This document shows, piece after piece, positions 1 to 13,469 of a DNA stretch of 64,000 bases. Each line of letters opens with the position of its first letter. Within the stretch, counting starts at the first letter, position 1. Where the stretch lies: contig JAHRHZ010000268.1 of the NCBI GenBank assembly GCA_024137785.1, forward strand, positions 14,026,698 through 14,090,697, in the 5' to 3' direction. A program made the position numbers and the translations under genes. The DNA is from Ginglymostoma cirratum (Eukaryota). The notes beneath the pieces are model-generated. The model was given only the letters and a program-made list of their open reading frames with translations, was not told the DNA's origin and made no database searches.

Positions 1-335
1 AATAAATCCACTTAATGACTTGGCCTCCACAACCTTCTGCAGCAATGAGTTCCACAGATTCACCACCCTCTGGCTGAAGAAATTCTTACCCATCTCAGTT
101 CTAAAGGGTGGTTCCTTTACTCTGAGGCTGTGCCCCCGGGTCCTAGTCTTTCCTACTATTGGAGGCATCTTCTCCATGTCCACTCTGTTCGGGCCTCTCA
201 GTATTCTCTAAGTTTCAATGAGATTCCCCCCTCATCTTTCTAAATTCCATCAAGTACAGACCCAGAGTCATCAACCACTCCTCATATGACAAGCCCTTCA
301 TTCCTGGGATAATTCTTGTGAACCTCTTCTGGGCC
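1..335 (-). mobile_element. CR1/L2-type LINE 3' fragment
   Basis: QKRFTRIIPGMKGLSYEEWLMTLGLY peptide typical of CR1 RT C-terminus. Confidence 0.8.
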
Positions 336-1712
336 CCCACTAACACCAGCAACCCTTCATTAGATACAGGGCCCAAACAGGCTGGTAGATGTTGGATGCC
401 AATATCTGAGGAGGTTGGATGCATGTTGTCAGCGCCCATTAAGCGTGCCCTGAGATGTTGAAAATGAGCAAGCAGTGAGCTGACATTGCCAGGTAACTGT
501 TCTGATTTCCGTCTTGAGAATTCTTGACGTCCAGCTTGCTCGTGGTGGATGGGAGGCTAGGAAGCTGCATCCTAAAAAGGTGAGATGTACAGTTAATAAG
601 ATCATTAACAGGCAATGGTCTTCCTACATAAGCAACTCACAGCTCCTAGTGAGAATGTCGCTTTGAACCCCAATGTCAATAGAGGCCTCACTGGACTTCT
701 CGCCCAATTCTGCCTCTGTTCTGGCTCTAGCCCATGTCATCCAGGCCTCTAAAAGACTCCTCCACATAAAAAATAATTTTGTTGACACAAAGAATGCTTG
801 GAATAATGTGGAACTTGCTGCCACAGGAAGTGGTTGATAAATGGCTTAGATGCTTTTAAAATGAAACTAAATGAATCCATGACAGGGAAGTGAGTATTAA
901 GACATGACGATAACTGAGGCTGAGAGAATGGTAAGTGACCTGTGTGGATTATAAACCGTAATGTAGATTAGTTTGTCTGAGTGTTGTATATTCTCTTTGG
1001 TTATAGGTAACATTCATAAATTAATTAAACATGGTGGTTCCCCTTACAAGCAGAACAATCAAATTGTCCATCTTATTCGCAAGAGCATCCCTGTGAATTC
1101 TATGCAAATATATCACATTGCTGAGAAATTTGCACAATGGAAGCGTGGTGAACACTCTCAAATTGTATCCAGTATAATTTTGTTCTGTCCTCCAATTGAC
1201 TTTTGATCCTTATCCTGCTCCCCTGAAAGTGGTGACTCATACTGGCATATTGTTACGTGGTGACTTCTCTTCCTAACTTCCTGTGCAAACCCTCAGAGTT
1301 GAGTCTAACAATGCTCATGTTCGATAACGACACAGCTGCAGACATACATTTTGTCATTTAAAAAAAAAGGTATACATGTAAATTACTGTCTCACAAGATG
1401 CCTCAGCTAATTAAGTGAAAAGAAACAACTGGACCTGTGCTTTATCCATTGAGATTCCCCTGGGATGAGCTGTTGGCATCTGGGGTAATTAAAGTGCGAG
1501 GAAGGGCTTTGAAAAGACAAACAGTCTCTCCTGAAAGCTGACAAAAATGTCCAAATGCAGTTTCGAGACTAATATAAATCCTGTTGAATAGACACTGACA
1601 TCTCTCATGAACATATGAAACATACTAGGCCATAACACTTGACAGAAAGAAAGTATTGATTGTGAGGTTGGTGGAAAGGATTCTGCTTAAGATTACACTG
1701 TGGATTGTCCAC

Positions 1713-2105
1713 TTTATTTACTCATTCACAGGATGTGAGAGGCACTGGCCAGTTCATTTATTGTCCATTCCTAAGTGCCTTTGAGATGATGGTGATAAAT
1801 AGGCTTACTAACATGCTGCAGATACAGCAGTTTGGTACAAATGAATGGCTTGCTAGGCTATTTCAAATTACAGTTAAGAGTCAACCATATCTTTGTTGGG
1901 TCTGGAGTTACACACAGGCCAGAGCAAGTAATGACAAAAGATTTTCATCCTTCAAGGACACTAGTGAATTAGATCCAGTGTTTTCAAAATACAATAATTC
2001 CATTGTCATTGTTGCTGACACTAGTTTTTATTTTGGGTTTAGTTAGTTAACTGAATTCAGGTTCCCTGGTTGTGGCGGTGGGATTTGTGCTTGTCTTAGA
2101 TTATG
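1713..2105 (-). mobile_element. tRNA-derived SINE, same family as 28845-29190
   Basis: Reverse complement of ttcactaatgtccttt...gactccagaccc...gttgactcttaactg core; another copy at ~44570-44830. Confidence 0.6.
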
Positions 2106-2411
2106 AGGACATCCAATCTGTGTAATCCTAAATTTGACAAGGCTAATCTATCTTGTTTTGAGAATGCAAGGCCAGTTTATTTATTGCAGGTTAAATGATG
2201 AACATTCCTCATGCCCTACTAAAATATAATTGAAATCTTGATTGTATTGGCATCTTTGGAGAGATGAAGGGAGCTGATGTGTCCAATTGATCACGGCAGT
2301 AACACCTCCAGGACGATGAACGTACATGAATTATTAATCATAAAATCATAGGGCTGGGTTTAGTGGAGGCCCTGTGTCATCTCTTTTCAGGAAGGCCTGT
2401 CAAATTACATG

Positions 2412-2860
2412 AGATAACANNNNNNNNNNNNNNNNNNNNNNNNNNNNNNNNNNNNNNNNNNNNNNNNNNNNNNNNNNNNNNNNNNNNNNNNNNNNNNNNN
2501 NNNNNNNNNNNNNNNNNNNNNNNNNNNNNNNNNNNNNNNNNNNNNNNNNNNNNNNNNNNNNNNNNNNNNNNNNNNNNNNNNNNNNNNNNNNNNNNNNNNN
2601 NNNNNNNNNNNNNNNNNNNNNNNNNNNNNNNNNNNNNNNNNNNNNNNNNNNNNNNNNNNNNNNNNNNNNNNNNNNNNNNNNNNNNNNNNNNNNNNNNNNN
2701 NNNNNNNNNNNNNNNNNNNNNNNNNNNNNNNNNNNNNNNNNNNNNNNNNNNNNNNNNNNNNNNNNNNNNNNNNNNNNNNNNNNNNNNNNNNNNNNNNNNN
2801 NNNNNNNNNNNNNNNNNNNTGTTATCTCAGATTCTCCAGCATCGGCAGTTCCTACTGTCT
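2412..2860. mobile_element. Penelope-like element with inverted ends spanning a 400-N gap (2420-2819)
   Basis: gagataaca left and tgttatctcagattctccagcatcggcagttcctactgtctc right; direct repeat ctgtcaaattacatg at 2397-2411 and 2861-2875. Confidence 0.75.
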
Positions 2861-4823
2861 CTGTCAAATTACATGCTGTTCAGAGCCCGGAAGCACCACT
2901 GCTGGGATTTGGCTGCTGGGGGTCCTGCACTGATCCAAGGCCCAGGATCATTGTTGGATGCAAAGACAGAGGATGTCACAGGACAGGGGTAGAGTTACAG
3001 CGGAGAGGGTTAGGGGGTTGATAGCATGGTTGAGGGGACGAAGGGTACCTCTCAGTGGTCTTTCTCTTCCTTAATACTAGTTCCTTTGATCAGGCATGGG
3101 GAAGGGCATTAAATTCCACCAATACAATGGTTACATCCCAAAGCAAGACCATTTGATTTGTCATATCCATCCTGGCAATGTTGATATTAGCTTGGTGTCA
3201 AAGGCAAATGATAAGCAAATTCTATTCTATAAATTGCAGGACAAATCTTTCAAAGATGGGAGAATTAATCCTTCAGTCTCTGGGAACCAAAAATGAAATA
3301 CAATACTTACTTCCCATTGTCTGTCACTTGAAAGAGATAATGCTCAAAATTTAAGACCAGAATCAAAAGAAAAACAAACTTAAGCTCTCTGCTGACTAAC
3401 CGTGATTCAGAGTGCATCAGAAATTTGTACAGAAATTATATATTCCAAATGATATAAATGTAACTTATGGCTGAAAGTTTAATTTAGCTGATGATAGTTG
3501 GGGCAGTGATGGGATGCTGAAATTGCTGTACATTTCCCAGAGCTAGGGAGACTAAGATCAATCTCCTTTCAATACTCCTGATCGCTAATCAGTGGCTTTT
3601 GCTGGAAAATGTTTTCCTGTTGACATATGATAAAGACAAAGCCAGCTAGCTGTGATCTAACAGAATAGCATGCTGTTTATCACAATCTAATCTAGAATGG
3701 CCAATTGGCTGAAGTATAAGAAGGCTGTCAAAGCCAGTGGAAATATATCCTAATGACAGTGCCAATTCAGGAAAAAAGAGAAAATGTCTTTATCAAAATG
3801 AACAGTTGACTCTTGTTCAGAGTTGTTACAATTGTAGCTTCTATTTTTATTCTGATTTCAAAGTGGTAAGAAAGTCCCAAGGTGCAATGCTAGTTGAGAC
3901 GCTAAGGCAATGAAGGAAACTCTGTGAGAGGGGACTAAAATTTTGGTCAATGAGATGAGTTAATTTGAATTAAAATGGCACAAAAAGGCTTCTGTGTTGT
4001 CTTATATATGTCAATTAAACTAAACTGTATTATCATTCAGACTTTTAAAATTAAAAATGCTTTCAAGTTAACAGGTGTAAATGCTTTTAAAATGCATTGG
4101 CTGAGTATCTTTTAAATTAAACAAATCAGTAGCCATAATAGAGCTATAAAATAAAATTAGAGGAAAATAAAGAACAACACATACTGCAAATTAATTTTCA
4201 TTTTCTAAGCTGAAGTTCTCTTCTGTGTTTATTTTTGTGTGTGATTGCCCTATTACTCTAATGTAAAAGGGAGCAGTACATGATTAAGAATATTCTGTCA
4301 GCATTCTGTTGGGAGATGGATCCCTCTGCTGGTGTACAGTAGTTGTACGTTACTTAAATAAATGCCATTCTGTGTATAAATCCCCAATGCTCTCTGCACC
4401 TTGCGTAGTTGCAGAATTGATTACAAACAATTCAACTATGGGTGAGATGTCATAAAATGCAACAGAACCAGTTTCCTTTAACAGAAATATAACTTTACCA
4501 TTTGTTGGTCTGATAACAAGCATTTGTTAAAGTCAAAGCTTGTTTTAAAATCCTTTGTTTTCAAAATAAGGATAGGTCTAGTCATTGCAAAGTTTTTCAA
4601 TAACAGCAGAAACGTCAGGTATCCTGGTGTAAACCTCCGCTGCTGTTCTCAGCAAAGTAAATGGGATTAAGGGGAATTTTCCTGATGTTAGTATTACTAG
4701 TGGGTGCCCTTGCCATCATGACCCTTTGTAGGATCATACATTTTTGGAGAGCGTGGGTATAATGAGTCTGTAAAACCTCTCTGAAGGAGTGCCATTGTCA
4801 CTGGCACAGCAGGATAAAATCTC

Positions 4824-6624
4824 AGAGATAGTAGGAACTGCAGATGCTGCAGAATCTGAGATAACAAGGTGTGGAGCTGGATGAACACAGCAGGGCAAGC
4901 AGCATCATAGGAGCAGGAAAGCTTGACGTTTCGGGCCTCGACCCTTCATCAGAAATGGGGGAGGGGAAGGGGGTTCTGAAATAAATAGGGAGAGAGGGGG
5001 AGGCGGAGAGAAGATGGATAGAGGAGAAGATAGGTGGAGAGGAGACAGACAGGTCAAAGAGGCGGGGATGGAGCCAGTAAAGGTGAGTGTAGGTGGGGAG
5101 GTAGGGAGGAGATAGGTCAGTCCAGGGAGGACGGGCAGGTCAAGGGGGCGGGATGAGGTTATTAGGTAGGAGATGGGGGTGGGGCTTGAGGTGGGAGGAG
5201 GGAATAGGCGGGAGGAAGGACAGGTTAGGGAGGCAGGGAGGAGCTGGGCTGGTTTTGGGATGCGGTTGGGGGAGGGGAGATTTTGAAGCTTGTGAAGTCC
5301 ACATTGATACCACTGGGCTGCAGGGTTCCCAAGAGGAATATGAGTTGCTGTTCCTGCAACCTTTGGGTAGCATCGTTGTGGCACTGCAGGAGACCCAGGA
5401 TGGACATGTCATCTGTGGAATGGGAGGGGGATTTGAAATGGTTCGCGGCTGGGAGATGCAGTTGTTTAGTGAGAACCGAGCGTAGGTATTCTGCAAAGCG
5501 GTCCCCAAGCCTCCGCTTGGTTTCCCCGATGTAGAGGAGGCCACAACGGGAACACACAGGGAACAGCAGATGCAGTATACCACATTGGCAGATGCACAGG
5601 TGAACATCTGATTGACGTAGAAAGTCTTCTTGGGGCCTGGGATTGGGGTGAGGGAGGAGGTGTGGGGGCAGGTATAGCACTTCCTGCGGTTGCAGGGAAA
5701 AGTGCCGGGTGTGGTGAAGCTGGAGGGGAGTGTGGAGCGGACAAGGGAGTCACGGAGAGAGTGGTCCCTCCGGAAGGCAGATAAGGGTGGGGAGGGAAAA
5801 ATGTCTTTGGTGGTGGGGTTGGATTGCAGATGGCAGAAATGTCGGAGGATGATGCGTTGGATCCGAATGTTGGTGGGGTGGTACGTGAGGATGAGTGGGA
5901 TTCTATTTTGGTTTTTATTGTAGGGAGTGGGTGTGAAGGATGAGTTGCGGGAAATGCGGGATACACGGTCAAGGGTGTTCTCGACCACGGGGGAGGGGGT
6001 TACGCTCGGTTTGCAATAAACAACTGCACCTCCCAGCCGCGAACCATTTCAACTCCCCCTCCCATTCCGCAGTCAACATGTCCATCCTGGGCCTCCTGCA
6101 GCGCCACAACGATGCTACCTGAAGGTTACAGGAACAGCAACTCATATTCCGCTTGGGAACCCTGCAGCCCAATGGTATCAATGTGGACTTCACAAGCTTC
6201 AAAATCTCCCCTCCCCCACCGCATCCCAAAACCAGCCCAGCTCGTCCCCACCTCCCTAACCTGTCCTCCCTCCCACCTATACCCTCCTCCCACCTCCAGC
6301 CCCACCCCCATCTCCTACCTACTAACCTCATCCCGCCTCCTTGACCTGCCCGTCCTCCCTGGACTGGCCTATCTCCTCCCTACCTCCCCACTGACACTCA
6401 CCTTTACTGGCTCCATCCCTGCCTCTTTGACCTGTCTGTCTCCTCTCCACCTATCTTCTCCTCTATCCATCTTCTCTCCGCCTCCCCCTCTCTCCCTATT
6501 AATTTCAGAACCCCCTTCCCCTCCCCCATTTCTGATGAAGGGTCTACGCCTGAAACGTCAGCTTTCCTGCTCCTATGATGCTGCTTGGCCTGCTGTGTTC
6601 ATCCAGCTCTACACCTTTTTATCT
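4824..6624. mobile_element. Penelope-like element (Neptune-type), two 5'-truncated arms head-to-head
   Basis: Minus arm 4824-~5995 has Cys-rich linker PCNRRKCYTC and GIY-YIG motif YIGETKRRLGDRFAE; plus arm ~6000-6624 is the inverted 3' end; 13-bp TSD aggataaaatctc at 4811-4823 and 6625-6637. Confidence 0.92.
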
Positions 6625-6829
6625 AGGATAAAATCTCTGCCTCCTTTATAAGAGGACCTGAAATATTTTAGTTGGCCCATCATCAGGGGTTGATGCCAAG
6701 TCCTTCAGTCAGCTTTGAGACCTGCTAGCCAACAGGCAGGAACTCTCCTTCAGGTCCATCAGATAGGCTGTCTGACGGCAATTAGGCTGTGGTCATCGAA
6801 TCTCCAATCTGAGTAGGTATGTCTCATCA

Positions 6830-7070
6830 TAATGTAACAATGCAATGCAATAATAGCCAGATGACTTGTTTTCAGGTGTTGGTATAAATATTGGTAGGAC
6901 ACAGAGGAAAACTCCTGGCTCTTCCTCAAATGATGCCACATCCATTTGAGAGGGCCAGCAGGGCAAGAGTTTAATGCATTATTCATAGCATCTCTAACAA
7001 TGCAGTCACTCTCCGTGACTGATGTGATATTCTGCACTATGAACAAAGAGACATTGGAGTGCAGGTTCAT
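6830..7070 (-). mobile_element. Deu-domain SINE-like relic
   Basis: ggacacagaggaaaactcctggctcttcctcaaa...gagagggc resembles remembered DeuSINE (SacSINE1/AmnSINE1) core. Confidence 0.45.
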
Positions 7071-7074
7071 TGTT

Positions 7075-7764
7075 CTTTGAAAGCAGAGTCGCAGGTAGAC
7101 AGCGTACTGTAAAGGGCATTTGGTACACTTTCTTTCATTGGTCAGTGCATTGAGTGTAGTAGTTGGGAGATCATGTTGTGGCTGTACAGGACATTAGTTA
7201 GGCCACTTTTGGAATACTGTGTTCAATTCTGGTCTCCCTGCTTTCAGAAGGTGTCGTGAAACTTGAAAGGGTTCAGAAAAGATTTACAAGGATGTTGCCA
7301 GGGTTAGAGGGTTTGAGCTATAGAGAGAGGCTGAACAGGTTGGGACTATTTTCTCCACAACATTGTAGGTTGAGGAGTGACCTTATAGAAGTTTGTAAAA
7401 TTGTGAGACGCATGGAATAGGGCAGATGGCCAAGGTCTTTTTCTCAGGATAGCAGAGTCTAAAACTAATGGGCACAGATTTAAGTTGGGAGGGGAAAGAT
7501 TTAAGAGGGACCTAAGGGGCAACTTTTTCACACAGAGGCTGGTGTGTGTATGGAATAAGCTGCCAGAGGAGGTGTAGGAGTCTGGTACAATTACAATATT
7601 TAATAGGCATCTGGATGGGTATATGAATGGGAAGGGTTTAGAGGGGTATGAGCCAAATGCTGGCAAAAGGGACTAGATTAATGTAGAATATCTGGTCGGC
7701 ATGGATGAGTTGGATGAAGGGTTTGTTTCCATGCTGTACATCTCTATGACTGTATGACTCTATG
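7075..7764 (+). mobile_element. CR1 (HER1-like) LINE 3' end
   Basis: LVRPLLEYCVQFW..LERVQKRFTRMLPG region; ends in ctatgact-type short repeat tail. Confidence 0.88.
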
Positions 7765-8289
7765 TGGAGGTGAGAATGTGGGGTTGAGACCACAGTCAGA
7801 TCAGCAATGACTGTATTGAATGGTGGAGCAGGCTTGAGGGTCGTAATTCATATTTACAAATGTAACCTCAACGTGTGAGGCCAATCGAGGTGATATTGTT
7901 ACAACTAATATTATAGATGATGAGAGAAAAGTTTGTTTACATGTAGTCACTTGGAGCTTACTGGGTCCATGAGGAAACTTCCAGAAATATGCTCAACCAG
8001 ACCTGGCAACTGTACAACCATGTCTGAGTTACAGAAGTAAATTGTTGCAAGGCCTGCAAAGCTTTAGGTGCAGTGTGCCTTTGGTGGTTTCCATAGTCAG
8101 AACTCTCAGCTTCAGTACAATATTTCGACTGCAATCTGGAAGCTGAAGTCTGATGCAAATGTGCTAATTAAATGGAGATTAGATATCCCAAGAGTAATTT
8201 CTTCAAAAGCTGGCACGTCTGTCGATGACTATTTCTAGCAGTTGTGCAGGAAATACCAAGGAGAATGAAAAATCAGACTGACAATAAAA

Positions 8290-10295
8290 TTATATCTCCA
8301 AATATTATGGACTATTACAGTGTTATAGTCCAGATAATGACGACCAGATTGTAACAGGAAGGGACAGAGCGTAAAAATGTAACAATGTACAGGCAATGAA
8401 GGTGCAGGGGAGAAAAACAGTAGACGACCAAATTACAGGCTTTTTGTCGAAAATGCACATGTAATTTGTAACAAGGCAGATGGATTAATGGAGCAATTAG
8501 AAAAAAATGAGTCTGAAGCAGGAGCCAAACAGAGACAATGCTGGGACCTGAATATTCAAGGATAGTTGACATTTTGGAAGGACAAGAAGACATAAAAAGG
8601 AAATGAGGCAGTTTTATTGATCAAGGATGAGATCAGTACAATACTGTGAAATGATCTTGGTTCAGAAGATAAAGTTGCAGAATCAGTTTTGGTGAGATAA
8701 GAAATAACAAAGGAAATAAGTCACTGTTCTGAGTAATTTATAGGTACCTTAACAACTGCACTGTAAAACAAAACATTGAGAAAAAAGAGGGAGCTAGCAG
8801 GAAAGGTATTGCAATAATCTTTGCATCAATTAAAATCAAATTGGCAAAGGTGGTCTGGAGAATGCAAAGAGAGTACTCCAGATATTTCCTTCAAATAATA
8901 TCCTCTGGATCCAATTAGAGACTAGATTATTTTAGGTTTGGCAATGTTAAATTGACATATGATCAATCATAACATGATAAATTCCACAATATGTTTGAAG
9001 GTGAGAAATGTGTACTTCAAAATTGTTGTCTGAAACTGAAATAAAGTCAATTACAGAAATATGAGGAAAGAATCCATAACAAGGATACACTTCCACCTAT
9101 TGCTAGTTAAATTAAAGATGTATCAAATTTAAAGTAAACATGTACATTTCTAGAGGGATTAGTGGTAGACCAGAGAACTGGAAACAGTTCACAAACTAGC
9201 AAAGGATGATTACAAAAAAGGGAGTCATTAGAGCATGAGAGAAAACTTTCAAGAAACATAAAAACAAACAGTAAAATCTTCTGAAAATATATAAAACAGA
9301 AGAGGAATAGAAAGAAGTGACAGTCCCCTTGAGGGAAATAAGGAAATGGCAGATGATTTGAAAAAGTATTTTGAATCTGCCTTTACAGCAGAAGGGACAA
9401 AGAAAAGCATCTCAAAAACTGTAGAAAATCAAGAGGCAAAATGGAAGGGGATCTTAAAAGGAATAGAATTACTAGAGAAAAGTACAGGAAAAATTATGGA
9501 ACTAAAGCTGATAACCCTTCTGGACCTGACAGCCTGCATCCTTTGATCTTAAAGTAAATGGCTGCAGAGATAGTCTGCATTGTTTGTAATTTTACAAAAT
9601 CCCCTACATTCTGGGAAGATCCTAATAGAATGGAAAACTACAAATTTAACATCTCTGTTCAAAGATGGAAGAAGATAGAAAGCTGGGAACTAACAACCAC
9701 ATAGCCTAACACCTGTCATTGGGAAAATGCCAAAATCCATATTAGGGAAGTAGTAACAAAACAATTAGAAAATCATAATCTGATCAAACGGAGTCAACAT
9801 GATTTGTAAAAGGAAACATGTGTTTGATAAATTTATTGGTGTTGAAGATGTAATAAGCAGGTGGATAAAGGAAAATCAGTAGATGTAGTGTATTTGCCAT
9901 TTGACATGGTACCAAACAAAAGCTTACGGCACAAGGTAAAAACCCATGGTGTTAGAGTTATATGCCTGCATGGATAAAAGAATGATTAACAAATAGGAGA
10001 GTCGAGAAACAGTGGCACAGTTTAAACATAGAGAGTATACAATTTAAGACAGAGATGTGCAGGATGTTCTCTCAGAGGTTGCTACTGTATGGAAGTTTCT
10101 TTCCTGCAGAAAGCAGTCGAGATTGGGTCATTGAATGTATTCAAGACTGAGTTAGACAGATTGTTGATCTATGTGGGAACCAAGGGTTATGGGGGAAGAC
10201 TGGAACAAATGGAGTTTAAATGGATTTTATTGAATGTTGGAGCAGGCAATAAATGCTAAATAGCCTACTCCTCCTCCTATTTCTTGTGATCTTTC
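8290..10295 (+). mobile_element. Decayed CR1/L2 LINE, about 2 kb
   Basis: EMADDLKKYFESAFT, RT-like gtagatgtagtgtat..tttgac, and 3' tail ggagcaggc..gcctactcctcctcctatttctt. Confidence 0.7.
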
Positions 10296-11039
10296 CTGGA
10301 TGAGAGCTGCATATGAATATTCAACTGCAAGTGTTACTTTGTTTTTCGGTAGTTATTTATTCAACATAAAGATACAGCTGACTTGTGGCCACAATACGTA
10401 ACTTTTTTTTGCCATACTACTTTGAGCCACTTTGGTTGAAAACTTGGAATACATGTATTGACTAAACTTATATCAGTTTTTCCTCATACTGCAGCATCCA
10501 ATTTCAATGGCTTAATTTGGGGAAGAAATGGCTCTGGTATGGGAACAGCCAAATAAGGGAAACCAACAGAATGTATGCTTTCCAAATGGGTTTTTGACAG
10601 CTGAGTCCCCTGTAGTACTTTTATCTAGGTGTATAAACATGGTTTAATTAATCTTGCCTTCTGGACAGCTGGGACAGATATGGGTTTGTTTTCTTCTCAT
10701 ACTTGAATTGTGTATCAGATTGCTTAGTACCAAGAACAGATGACAAGGCTTGTCCAATCTTTCTATGCATCTAACTTTTCAATCAGCAGTCAATTTTGAT
10801 GCAATTAAGAATAACTTTTATTTTTGAAAATGACTAGTCAAGATAACTGTCACAGAAATGTTTATATTTTCTGACAATCTTTGCTTGTTCTTTCAACTGT
10901 ACACTGTGAGACAAATAATCTCTTTTGCAAAAAAGACAAGCAGCTGAATTCTTTCACTGCTGAAGGTTTTGTGCAAATCAATGTCAGATAAACTCTCACA
11001 GTTTGAAACAGGATAAGTCTGATTCAGTCTAACTCCCTT

Positions 11040-12165
11040 CACATGCGACTAATTTTCCTTAGCTTCCCAATGTTCCTTCTTTTGCATTTCCTATTTTTTC
11101 CACATTCCTCTGCATGAAATCATGTTTATTTTTCATTTAATTTTCATGTTTATCTTTGTTTCTTCTTCTCTGTTCGCATTTTCCATGATTCTCCCAGCTG
11201 CTGTCTCTCTATCTTTGTTCTGTTTCTTGCGTTTTTCTTTCTTTTGGCCTTTCTCTCCAACTTTCTGTTTCTAAGATCTTCTTACTTTTCAGTTCATTTC
11301 CCTCTCTTCTTTCTCTGTTCCTACATGTATTCTCTCTTTTTTTTGAATGATCCTTTTGTCCCATTTTCTTTTATTTGTTGCACTTCATATTCCTTTTTCT
11401 CACTTCTAACAATTGCTCCTCCTTTCTTCCTTTTCACCACTTGTTCCATCACTTCTCTCCTCCCTTCTACTTGTGTTTCTCCTGTTTCCCTCTTTTCTTT
11501 TGTGTGTTTGTAACATTCCCTCTATCTTCTCCCCCTCCCCCCCCAACTTAGCCTGCACTTGATTCTGTCCACTTTCTCCTCTTTTTTTCTATTTATTTGT
11601 TCATTCTTCTGCCTTTCTTTGCTTTGCGCTGGTCCTTCTCAATTTGTTCCATTTGTTCTATCTCCGATCATTCTCCCTGTCTGTCCCCTGCTGTTGTTTC
11701 CTCTCACTTTCCTTTTTAGCATGTCACTTCTCTCTTACTTTTTTCACTTTTCATTCTCCCTTTCTCTTTTTAGCAACCTCTTTCTTTACCTCGTCATTTA
11801 CACCCTTGATTTGAATTTTTTAGGTGTCCTCTTGTTCTATTAGTGGGTTCCCTGTGTTTCTCACATTTTTTTTTCATATCCCTTTGCTTTCTATTTTCCC
11901 CTTTGTTTTGCTTTTATCCTGATTTCTATGTCTCCCTCTGGTCTGTCATTTTTCTGCTTCATTTCTCTTCTCCTATGTTTTTTGTTTTTAATTCTTCTAT
12001 TTTTTTTCTCTTTCTGTCCCTGCCTCATTCACTTTCTGCTGGTTTCATGTTGCCTCACTCTGTTGTTTCTCTGTAAAATTAACATTGATCATTTCCGTTT
12101 CCTCTGTGCTATTTACCCTCTTTTTTCTGTGTTTCACCCCATTCTTTTTGTTCTATTTTTACAAT
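11040..12165 (+). repeat. Pyrimidine-rich low-complexity tract
   Basis: About 1.1 kb dominated by T and C with no fixed unit. Confidence 0.85.
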
Positions 12166-12379
12166 ATTTAAGTATGATTGAAAAAGTATATATAATTGAG
12201 TATGTATACATTAATACTCCACTTTTGTTGTAGTTGCAGGTATCAATGAGTAAAATCCAAACATCTTATATGGATATAATGCTGAATTAGATAGAAAAAA
12301 ATCCACCCAAATTTGCACCAGAGAGAGTTACACTGAGTCAATTGTATGAAAGTGAAAGAGTGGATCAGAAATTGAACAA

Positions 12380-12700
12380 AGATCCATAGATAGCACCTTC
12401 CAAACCCACGGCTACTTCCATCTAGAAGGAAAAGGGCAGCAGATACATGGCAACACCACCACCTACAAGTTCCTCTCCAAGGCACTCACCACACTGACTT
12501 GGAAATATATCATCCTTCCTTCACTGCTGCTGGGTAAAAATCCTAAAATTCCCTCCTTAAGGGCTTGACGGTCAACCTACAGCGCATGAACTGCAGTGAC
12601 TCAAGAAGCCGGCTCACCACCACCTTCTCAAGGACAACTAGGGACAGACAATAACTGCTGGTTAGCCAGCGACGCCCACATTGCATGGGTGAACAGAAAT
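12380..12700 (+). mobile_element. LINE 3' end (CR1-like), related to 52265-53210
   Basis: ccatctagaagga..gggcagcagatacatgg..caagaag..gctcaccaccaccttctcaagg shared with 52900-53200. Confidence 0.7.
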
Positions 12701-12851
12701 AACAGAATAAAGTTGCTGCCACAGCAGTGAATGAGCAGCTTCAGTTTAAAATGAATTGTGAGGCTGATGCTGTTAGAGTTAGAAGTGCAGGTTTCATTAA
12801 GGCTTAAACACATGATCTCTAGAGTCGATTTAGAACTGGTGATGCTCATAT

Positions 12852-12924
12852 GCTCTTCTGGCTGAGCAAGCCAGTCCTGAGACTCGTAATCTCAGGGGTG
12901 TGGGTTTGAGTCCCATGCTGGGGG
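12852..12924 (+). pseudogene. tRNA-Lys-like pseudogene or SINE head
   Basis: tgagactcgtaatctcaggggtgtgggtttgagtcccatgctggggg resembles tRNA-Lys(CTT) anticodon and T arms; D arm degenerate. Confidence 0.55.
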
Positions 12925-13469
12925 TTAGGCGACTTGGGGTGGTGGCAGTGTTAATACCTCTGGACTGAGGTCCAGGTTCAAGTCTCATCTGCACCAGAGG
13001 TGTGTCATAACCTGTCTGAATAGGTACATATAAACAAATATAAAAGAAATAAATATAAAGATCTGGATACTGTGGAGGGGGAAGGGGTGTGGGCGAGTCG
13101 AGGACTTCCTTCTAGGCCTGCTTCTCGGCCTGGCCACGGTGGCCAGGTCACTTTCAGCCAGCCATGGAGTGGGTCATAGTGCCTGACTGTTACCCCTTCT
13201 GCTGTAGCCATGTTTGTAGCTGGGTGTCTATGGAGAGCAGGCACACAGGATCTGCCAACACTCTCAATACATCGAGAGAGGGGTAGGCACTGTGGGGATT
13301 GGAGTGTCTTATTTTCCTCTCCAACTCCACTTTAATTTAATCCTCTCCCTCTTTCCCTATCCTTTCCTTTTTTTATTGTTAATTGTTTAATGAGTGACAT
13401 GAACTGTCAACATTTAATTCTAGTGATTAAAAAAGCTAGCCCTTTCTCACACCTCCCTCCGATCCCCAA

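Noticed and set aside
2363-2992. 209-aa and 155-aa ORFs across the N run
   Set aside because: Artefacts of translating the assembly gap
4905-6651. Pro-rich ORFs repeated in several PLE copies
   Set aside because: Alternative frames of the C-rich PLE 3' region, not independent genes
11244-12233. Phe/Leu/Ser-rich ORFs resembling membrane proteins
   Set aside because: Produced by the pyrimidine low-complexity tract
12852-12924. Functional tRNA gene
   Set aside because: D arm and acceptor stem are degenerate; kept only as a pseudogene or SINE head
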